Assembly: GCA_947053455.1 (NCBI GenBank)
Contig: CAMRSV010000008.1
Coordinates: forward strand, 1-34,578
DNA: 34,578 nt
From: an uncultured Alphaproteobacteria bacterium
Lineage (GTDB): Bacteria > Pseudomonadota > Alphaproteobacteria > Rs-D84
Direction: 5' to 3'
In this document: positions 11,169 through 17,563 of the stretch, in pieces
How positions within the stretch are numbered: the stretch's first letter is position 1
Layout: each line of letters begins with the position of its first letter
Notes under the pieces: model-generated
Told to the model about the DNA's origin: nothing
What the model saw: the letters and a program-made list of their open reading frames with translations, nothing else
Databases searched by the model: none
Translations under genes and position numbers: made by a program

Positions 11169-11975
11169 TTACTTATCCATAAACTGTGATGCAATTGCCC
11201 CAAGGGACGACAGACCACCGCCACTGGAAATACTGCTGACAGATTGCATAATGGCGCCTGTATTAGTACTCTGTCCAACATTACCCATTGTTTCTATCAA
11301 GAAATTGCCCCAAGCCTGTCTTTTACGAGCATTCAATTTCGCGGTTGAGCATTTCTCAATTTTGGAAATCAACTTTGCAGCCATAGTTGCCTCGGCTGCG
11401 GTATAATCGGCCTCTGTAAAGTCAATAACATTAAATATTTCATAAATATCGGACGCATTTTTTTTATTTTTGGACGAACAAGATGATGAACCGTCCGCAC
11501 AATACGTTGTGCTGCCAACCTTTGGGTAATTTTCCCATACCATTCCCTTGTTTCCTTCGCCCGAAAAATAGTTGTAGCAGATTGTATCCGCCTCTGTTCC
11601 GGCGGCCATCAAAACCGAATGCGCATATCCATCAGCAGAGCTACACCGTGAACGTTTTAATTCCTTTTGCACTTCATCTGCGGTTTTAACGCCGGTTTTA
11701 GCCCATTCTTTCATAGTATTGTCAACAAAAGCTATTTCCTGGCTTGACGGGATGCATTCTGCGGTTAATTCCTTTTGCTGTTGGGTTAATTGTTGCACAC
11801 CACTGACCAATGACAGAACGGCCGGGACAATACTGGCCGCGGTGGATGCACCAGACGACGCAGCACTTTGCGTTGTTGCGACCGGCGCCGCTTTTTTAAC
11901 GGCAACCGCACCATATGCAGACATTCCCGTCATCAACGGCAACACACCAATAATAATGCGCAGAACTTTTTTCAT
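11169..11975 (-). CDS. Secreted hypothetical protein (268 aa, six Cys)
   Basis: Signal peptide, Ala/Ser/Thr linker, Cys-containing domain and Gly/Ser-rich C-terminus. Confidence 0.75.
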   Translation of the reverse strand: MKKVLRIIIGVLPLMTGMSAYGAVAVKKAAPVATTQSAASSGASTAASIVPAVLSLVSGVQQLTQQQKELTAECIPSSQEIAFVDNTMKEWAKTGVKTADEVQKELKRSRCSSADGYAHSVLMAAGTEADTICYNYFSGEGNKGMVWENYPKVGSTTYCADGSSSCSSKNKKNASDIYEIFNVIDFTEADYTAAEATMAAKLISKIEKCSTAKLNARKRQAWGNFLIETMGNVGQSTNTGAIMQSVSSISSGGGLSSLGAIASQFMDK

Positions 11976-12055
11976 CTCTCTTGAAAGTCATTATAACATA
12001 AAAAACAACCGGAATAAATATAAAAATTGCTTTTTGATTTTTCACGCGCTACACT

Positions 12056-12544
12056 GTGACTGTGCAACAGCAGAGTCGTCGCAATTTTATTATATTTACT
12101 AAACACAAGCGTCTAAAGCGCATGTGGCAGTTTTTCTTTACCGGATGGGGACTGGTCATGGTGGCGGCGTTGGTTGCGGGCGCCCTGTTTACAAAGCAAT
12201 TATTATGGACGCCAATATCCGCAATTAACATGACCGATATTGTAAGCAATCAGTTCAAAATGACCGGTGCTTCATTTGCCGGCACGGATAACAATGGCGA
12301 ACCATTCAAAATTCGCGCTGCATCCGCCCGCCAGGAATACGACAAACCCGACGAAATCTTTATGGAACGCGTATCTGGAACAATAACCCGCAACACCGAC
12401 CAAGGACGGGTAGTTAGTGATATTTCCGCTAATTCGGCGCGCTATAACAATATAAAGAAAACAATAACATTAATTGGGAACGTCCGCGTAAATTCCAGCA
12501 CGGGCGACAAAATTTTCACAGATGAATTGGTGATAAAACTATGA
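12056..12544 (+). CDS. lptC: LPS export periplasmic protein LptC
   Basis: One N-terminal TM helix, then F.GTD..G.PF.I.A..A.Q and beta-jellyroll-like ...ITLIGNVRV; overlaps lptB by ATGA. Confidence 0.75.
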   Translation: MTVQQQSRRNFIIFTKHKRLKRMWQFFFTGWGLVMVAALVAGALFTKQLLWTPISAINMTDIVSNQFKMTGASFAGTDNNGEPFKIRAASARQEYDKPDEIFMERVSGTITRNTDQGRVVSDISANSARYNNIKKTITLIGNVRVNSSTGDKIFTDELVIKL

Positions 12545-13269
12545 AACAATCTATCTTACGCGTTGAACACCTGTCAAAATCATACGGCAAACGCATGGTT
12601 ATCAAAGATATATCGATGGAGGCTCGTCAAGGCGAATCGGTGGGTCTGCTGGGGCCGAATGGCGCAGGTAAAACAACGGCGTTTTATTGCATCACCGGCC
12701 AGTTAAGCGCAACCGGCGGCCAAATATTTCTTAATTCACAGGATATAACACACCTGCCGTTTTATCAGCGGGCACGTCTGCATATCGGCTATCTGCCCCA
12801 AGAAAACAGCGTATTCCACGGTCTGACGGTGGAACAAAACATCATGGCAATATTAGAGGTTGTCGAACCCGACAAGGCGAAACGGAAACGGAAACTGGAT
12901 TCTTTACTTGAAGAATTTTCAATAGCCAGCCTGCGACGCAGTCCGGCGACGGCACTGTCGGGCGGCGAACGACGCCGTGTTGAAATTGCGCGCGCATTGG
13001 CAAACGACCCGAAATTTATATTGCTTGACGAACCGTTTGCTGGAATTGACCCAATTGCCGTCAATGAAATCCGTTCATTGGTATCACAGCTAAAGAACCG
13101 CGGACTGGGCGTTATAATCACCGACCATAATGTGCGTGAAACACTGGGGATTACTGACCGCAGCTATGTTTTGCACGATGGAAAAATATTAAAGCACGGA
13201 ACCACCGCCGAAATCGTCAAGGATGAAATGGTGAAAAAGGTGTACCTTGGCGAAGATTTCACAATGTAA
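12541..13269 (+). CDS. lptB: LPS export ABC transporter ATP-binding protein LptB
   Basis: GPNGAGKTT, GYLPQE.SVF, LSGGERRRVEIARAL, LLDEPFAGIDP, ITDHNVRETL, VYLGEDF. Confidence 0.97.
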   Translation: MKQSILRVEHLSKSYGKRMVIKDISMEARQGESVGLLGPNGAGKTTAFYCITGQLSATGGQIFLNSQDITHLPFYQRARLHIGYLPQENSVFHGLTVEQNIMAILEVVEPDKAKRKRKLDSLLEEFSIASLRRSPATALSGGERRRVEIARALANDPKFILLDEPFAGIDPIAVNEIRSLVSQLKNRGLGVIITDHNVRETLGITDRSYVLHDGKILKHGTTAEIVKDEMVKKVYLGEDFTM

Positions 13270-13272
13270 AAC

Positions 13273-13297
13273 AAATCCCGCGACATGCGGGATTTTT
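13273..13297. terminator. Bidirectional intrinsic terminator
   Basis: AAATCCCGC-GACAT-GCGGGATTTTT between converging genes. Confidence 0.8.
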
Positions 13298-13532
13298 ATT
13301 TATTATTGGCGGCGGATTTATCATAATATGGGTCGGGTAAATCAAGCGCGCGATTTGTTGCACTAATAAAACTGATAAGTTGAACGATACTTAAATGAAC
13401 ATTACCGGTTCGAAATCGTTCAAATTCAGATTCCGACATGCATAAATTTGTTACCATCATCCAATCAGATAAATTTAATTCACGCTGAATTTGTAATATC
13501 TGGTCGCGAATTGGCAGTCGTGGTGCAGACAT
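13296..13532 (-). CDS. Small XRE/Cro-like helix-turn-helix protein
   Basis: 78 aa; IQRELNLS...MVTNLCMSESEFERFRTG...LS fits XRE HTH spacing; AGGGGG RBS. Confidence 0.55.
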   Translation of the reverse strand: MSAPRLPIRDQILQIQRELNLSDWMMVTNLCMSESEFERFRTGNVHLSIVQLISFISATNRALDLPDPYYDKSAANNK

Positions 13533-13557
13533 TTTTTAGCCCCCTGTTTGCATTTAT

Positions 13558-13593
13558 AAAAAAACAAAAACCACTGGAAATTTTCAAGTGGTT
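13558..13593 (-). terminator. Intrinsic terminator of ncRNA copy 1
   Basis: AACCACTTGAAAATTTCCAGTGGTT followed by TTTGTTTTTTT on minus. Confidence 0.7.
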
Positions 13594-13739
13594 GGAGGTT
13601 GATTACTATAATATTCAATAGTGTTGCTTATTCTATATATTCGCAACCCTCCAACCCATCGGTTGGAGATTTTTTATGTCATCACTGACATCGAATATTC
13701 GGAGTAACCACACCCCGGCGACAGAACACCTATCGCTGT
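13560..13739 (-). ncRNA. Structured ncRNA, copy 1 of 3 (unrecognised family)
   Basis: Promoter at 13745-13773 and terminator at 13558-13593; stems covary with copies 2 and 3; G.U pairs form only on the minus strand. Confidence 0.7.
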
Positions 13740-13744
13740 TATTT

Positions 13745-13773
13745 AATATAGCATAGTAAAATTGAAAAGTAAA
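13745..13773 (-). promoter_or_regulatory. sigma70-type promoter of ncRNA copy 1
   Basis: TTTACT-17-TATATT with TG-n extended -10. Confidence 0.6.
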
Positions 13774-13775
13774 AT

Positions 13776-13955
13776 AAAAAACCACCTTTGAGGTTAGGTG
13801 GAAGTTGGAGGTTGGTTACTATAATATTCGAAAAATAGTGCTGCTTATTCAGTATATTCGCAAGCCCTCCAACCTACCGGCTGGAGATTTTTTGTGTCAT
13901 CACTGACATCGAATATTTGGGGTAACCACACCCCATCCGCAGAATGCCTACGAAT
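13776..13955 (-). ncRNA. Structured ncRNA, copy 2 of 3
   Basis: Closely similar to copy 1 (offset 217 nt at the conserved loop); ends in CCACCT-AACCTCAA-AGGTGG-TTTTTT terminator (13776-13801). Confidence 0.7.
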
Positions 13956-13961
13956 AAGTGT

Positions 13962-13990
13962 ATTATACGTATTTACATAAAAAATTACAA
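13962..13990 (-). promoter_or_regulatory. sigma70-type promoter of ncRNA copy 2
   Basis: TTGTAA-17-TATAAT. Confidence 0.75.
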
Positions 13991-13992
13991 TT

Positions 13993-14153
13993 AAAAAAAG
14001 AAAAAATGTTGGAGATTAGCAACTATAGTAAGCAATAGTACGGTTTATTCAATATATTCACCGCCCTCCAACACATTAGATGGAGTTTTTTTCGTCTCTT
14101 CAGACGTCTTACATAAGATTGCTAAATCTTACAAAAGCAACACGCCTTCGCAA
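13993..14153 (-). ncRNA. Structured ncRNA, copy 3 of 3 (most diverged)
   Basis: Same order of elements with different but still complementary stems; ends CTCCAACA-TTTTTTCTTTTTTT. Confidence 0.65.
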
Positions 14154-14158
14154 TTGGT

Positions 14159-14187
14159 ACTATATCCTAATTATTCGGAATATGCAA
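14159..14187 (-). promoter_or_regulatory. sigma70-type promoter of ncRNA copy 3
   Basis: TTGCAT-17-TATAGT. Confidence 0.7.
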
Positions 14188-14262
14188 TAAATAAAACTGG
14201 ATTGCCGCCCACCACCGCTACATCTTTCATGAACACCTGTTGCGGCCAGGCAAAATATATTA

Positions 14263-14291
14263 TTGACAAATAAAATTATTAGTGTTAATCT
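14263..14291 (+). promoter_or_regulatory. sigma70-type promoter of the ClpP-like gene
   Basis: TTGACA-17-TAATCT with TG-n extension; AGGAG RBS follows. Confidence 0.6.
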
Positions 14292-14333
14292 GCCTTTACA
14301 AATAAACCATACTATATAAATTAGGAGAATGTT

Positions 14334-14990
14334 ATGGCTGATAAAATTATCAATGCATCCGGGAACTGCAATTATATTTCCGGCAACAAAGTATTTATAT
14401 TGGATATAATAAATGATAAAACATGCGCTGAACTTATCGGGAACTTAAGCAACATGGTTGACGACATGCCCTGGGCGCCGGGCGCCCAAATACCGGGCAT
14501 GGGGGGGGGTATAAAAAACCCATATATTCTGCCCGATAGCACCCAAAGTGTGGTTGATGTATATATAAACTCGCCCGGCGGAGAAGTAAATACCTACAGA
14601 AGCATTATGGCATTACTAAACCTGGCACGAACAAAGGGGGCAATCATCCGCACAACAGTCATGGGCGGCGCCGGCAGTTGCGCCTGTCTGATTGCAGTTC
14701 AGGGTACGCCAAATTTTCGAATAATGTATGAAGAATCTTATAATATGATTCATTATGGCAGAAGTAAAATTCAGGTTGATAAAGTTAACGAAATTAACAA
14801 AGCCCAAATATACGAAACCATAAACAGAAATAAATTATTTGAACCATATCTAAAATATACCGGATTAACAAAACGGGAATTAACCCAACTGCAAAAAACA
14901 GAATATGGCCATAAATTTGCCGATGAATGTCTGCAAAAGAAAATTTGCGATTGGATTCTGACCAGTGATGGGAAATTCATTCATAGATAG
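14334..14990 (+). CDS. Divergent ClpP-like (peptidase S14) protein
   Basis: YINSPGGEV, G.AGSCA (catalytic Ser position), R.M...S..MIH (catalytic His), FADECL...ICD.I. Confidence 0.8.
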   Translation: MADKIINASGNCNYISGNKVFILDIINDKTCAELIGNLSNMVDDMPWAPGAQIPGMGGGIKNPYILPDSTQSVVDVYINSPGGEVNTYRSIMALLNLARTKGAIIRTTVMGGAGSCACLIAVQGTPNFRIMYEESYNMIHYGRSKIQVDKVNEINKAQIYETINRNKLFEPYLKYTGLTKRELTQLQKTEYGHKFADECLQKKICDWILTSDGKFIHR

Positions 14991-14994
14991 CCAC

Positions 14995-15021
14995 AAAAAA
15001 CGGGGCAACGCCCCGTTTTTT
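14995..15021. terminator. Bidirectional intrinsic terminator
   Basis: AAAAAACGGGGC-AAC-GCCCCGTTTTTT. Confidence 0.85.
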
Positions 15022-16516
15022 ATTTCTTTTTGGCTGGAGCCTTGCCGGCGGGCTTTGATGACGACTTGGCCGCAGGTTTGGCGGGCGTTTTTTCCGACGC
15101 CTTATCATCGTTTTCTTTTTCCGCCTCCCCTTGATCAGATTTGTCAGCGTCATCACCCGATACATTCGCCTTTGCCGATGAGGAGATGTTTAGCTTGCTC
15201 ATCGCGCGAACCATATCCATTGCGCGCTGCAACTGATAGTCACGGGCATCTTTTTCCGCGTCTGTCAATTCAGATACATCTTCTTCCTCATCGCTCTTGG
15301 ACTTTTTTGTATCTTTCTTTTTGGATTTATCATTTTTTAATGAATTTTTAAAAGACGCCTCGGAATACATGCTTTCGCGTTTTTCTAAAACTTCCACCTT
15401 GCTGTGCAGAACCTCAACATCGGGGGTTATGCCTTCGTTTTGAATTGAGCGCCCCGACGGCGTATAATAACGCGCGATTGTAATGTGTATCGCCGTACCA
15501 TCCCCCAGCGGCTTTTGCTGCTGAACACTGCCCTTGCCGAATGATTGCGAGCCCATAACCAGCGCACGATGGTTATCCTGCAGCGCACCCGCCACAATTT
15601 CCGACGCCGATGCAGACCCATGGTTAATCAAAACAACAATCGGTTTGCCACCTGTCAAATCACCGGGCTTTGCAAACACGCGGTCAATATCCGTCTTTTT
15701 CTTGCCACGGGTTGAAACAATTTCACCATCATCTAAAAATGCATCGGACACCTCAATCGCTGCCGTCAGATATCCGCCCGGGTTATTGCGAACATCCAGA
15801 ACATATCCGATAACCTTTGCTTTTTCCAATGATGCAATCGCCTCGCGCAGTTCCTTGGCGGTTGTGGCACCAAAATCAGAAATACGGATATATCCGATTT
15901 TTTCATCCGTATCATCGGCTGCATCAGCCAATTTCTTTTCTTCAAACTTTACAGATTTCACCTTGATAATTGCGCGCTTTAATGTAATTGTGCGCGGTTC
16001 CCCATTGTCGGAAACGATGGTCAGTTTTACCTTGGTACCGGGGCGCCCTTTCATCTTTTTTACCGCCTGGTTCAGGGTTAAATCAAACACCTGTTCGTCA
16101 TCAATATGCGTGATGTAATCGCCCGCTTTTATCCCCGCCTTTTCAGCCGGCGTATCGTCAATTGGCGAAATAACGCGAACCGCGCCGCGGTCACTGGTAA
16201 TTTGAATCCCCAGCCCCCCGAATTCACCATGTGATTTTTCACTAAATTCCTTGAACTCGTCGGCCGCCAGATATGATGAATGCGGATCCAGCGCCCCCAG
16301 CATTCCGTTCATTGCCGCCTCTAACATTTTTTTCTCGTCCGCTTCTTCTACAAAATTTTCACGGGCGGCTTCAAACACCATGGCAAATTTTTTCAATTCA
16401 TCATAAATCTGCTCGTCTGTCAGATGAACAACCGGTTCTTCTTTTTTCTTTTTCTCGGCTGCATTCGCCATCATCGGTACAATCAATGCCAATAACACCA
16501 GAAATTTCTTTAACAT
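15020..16516 (-). CDS. ctpA: Carboxyl-terminal processing protease (S41A, PDZ domain)
   Basis: LDPHSSY, FGGLGI, DVRNNPGG, SASASEIVAGALQD, SFGKGSVQ, YYTPSGRSIQ; start at ATG 16516 (MLKKFLVLL signal peptide) with AAGGAAAGG RBS. Confidence 0.92.
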   Translation of the reverse strand: MLKKFLVLLALIVPMMANAAEKKKKEEPVVHLTDEQIYDELKKFAMVFEAARENFVEEADEKKMLEAAMNGMLGALDPHSSYLAADEFKEFSEKSHGEFGGLGIQITSDRGAVRVISPIDDTPAEKAGIKAGDYITHIDDEQVFDLTLNQAVKKMKGRPGTKVKLTIVSDNGEPRTITLKRAIIKVKSVKFEEKKLADAADDTDEKIGYIRISDFGATTAKELREAIASLEKAKVIGYVLDVRNNPGGYLTAAIEVSDAFLDDGEIVSTRGKKKTDIDRVFAKPGDLTGGKPIVVLINHGSASASEIVAGALQDNHRALVMGSQSFGKGSVQQQKPLGDGTAIHITIARYYTPSGRSIQNEGITPDVEVLHSKVEVLEKRESMYSEASFKNSLKNDKSKKKDTKKSKSDEEEDVSELTDAEKDARDYQLQRAMDMVRAMSKLNISSSAKANVSGDDADKSDQGEAEKENDDKASEKTPAKPAAKSSSKPAGKAPAKKK

Positions 16517-16641
16517 GCCCTTTCCTTTTATACATGTATGCCAACTTGCCCACATACCATAGAACAAAACACGACGCGCCGCAAGTGCGTTTTGCCATTA
16601 CCGCACATAAAAAAACAAATACATCAACCGCCTAAAAATAC

Positions 16642-16670
16642 TTGACAAATCAGCACAATGTACCTATAAT
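16642..16670 (+). promoter_or_regulatory. Perfect-consensus sigma70 promoter of the Fic gene
   Basis: TTGACA-17-TATAAT. Confidence 0.85.
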
Positions 16671-16693
16671 AAATATATAAAATTATCCAATTC

Positions 16694-16789
16694 AAACCAC
16701 CGTTTTAATTGGGCAGGCAGAATCAGGACAGACGCCCTAATTTCGGCGGGCAAAAACAATAAAAAACACCACCGAAAAAACGGTGGTTT
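16694..16789 (+). promoter_or_regulatory. Structured 5' leader with alternative pairings
   Basis: 13-bp perfect inverted repeat 16694-16706/16777-16789; competing hairpin ACCACCG-A6-CGGTGGT at 16768-16787. Confidence 0.5.
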
Positions 16790-16818
16790 AGATTGTGCAC
16801 CGGCACAGGGACATAAAC

Positions 16819-17544
16819 ATGACAAAATCGCCAAAACAAAAGACGGTTATTGAACAAAATCGAAGCCTGATAACTGAAATGTTATCGGGTGCCGGTACGC
16901 ACAAACGTCTTAATAATATGAACTGGATAAGACATGAAATGTCTTATACTGAACCACGCACATTGTTTTTTGTCCCAAACAAACAGCAAACACCTTATTT
17001 GGATTATAACTATATTAAAAATCTGGGAAACGCCTATGATTATATAGTAGAAAATACCCAAACCCCAATTAATGCGATAGAAATCGTAAAACTGCATAAT
17101 ATGCTGTGCATAAATACAAATATCATGGGCGGAAAATTTCGAACCACACCAAAAGTATTGGAAATCACAGTTAACGGACAACGTTACCACGCCCCCGATG
17201 CCCAAGAAATTCCATCAGAGCTTAATAACATAGTATTTAAAATGTTAAACAGCAAAGAACACACTTTAACGCGCGCATTTAATATACACTATGACCTTAT
17301 TATGCTGCAACCGTTCGACGATTTTAACAAACGTACCGCCAGACTTGTCATGAACTGGATTCTAATCCAAGGCGGATACAGACCGATTATATTCAATAGC
17401 CCAACGGATAAACAAAAATATAAGGATGCCATCGCACAATGTGCAAATGGAAATATCAAAGCATACACAACATACATGTATTCATGTATGACGCGAACCC
17501 AAAAATCAATTATTAAACTATTAAGCAAATCAAAAATAATGTAA
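16819..17544 (+). CDS. Fic/Doc-family protein with variant motif QPFDDFNKRTAR
   Basis: I.KLH..L...GGKFR, H..LI..QPF.D.NKRTARL.MNW.L...GY.P; start ATG 16819 (alternative GTG 16795). Confidence 0.85.
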   Translation: MTKSPKQKTVIEQNRSLITEMLSGAGTHKRLNNMNWIRHEMSYTEPRTLFFVPNKQQTPYLDYNYIKNLGNAYDYIVENTQTPINAIEIVKLHNMLCINTNIMGGKFRTTPKVLEITVNGQRYHAPDAQEIPSELNNIVFKMLNSKEHTLTRAFNIHYDLIMLQPFDDFNKRTARLVMNWILIQGGYRPIIFNSPTDKQKYKDAIAQCANGNIKAYTTYMYSCMTRTQKSIIKLLSKSKIM

Positions 17545-17563
17545 AAACGTACATTTGGGCGAT

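Noticed and set aside
13575-14070. Type I toxin-like small ORFs after the GGAGG motifs in the repeats
   Set aside because: Frames after GGAGG on either strand differ among copies and stop early in at least one; no conserved hydrophobic peptide.
13558-14187. CRISPR array or T-box/known riboswitch interpretation of the triple repeat
   Set aside because: Units are ~200 bp and homologous along their length, with no repeat-spacer pattern and no cas genes. I see no T-box UGGNACC or other recognisable aptamer signature.
17545-17554. AAACGTACAT as a Bacteroides Mpi-type inversion site
   Set aside because: Single imperfect match with no inverted partner nearby.
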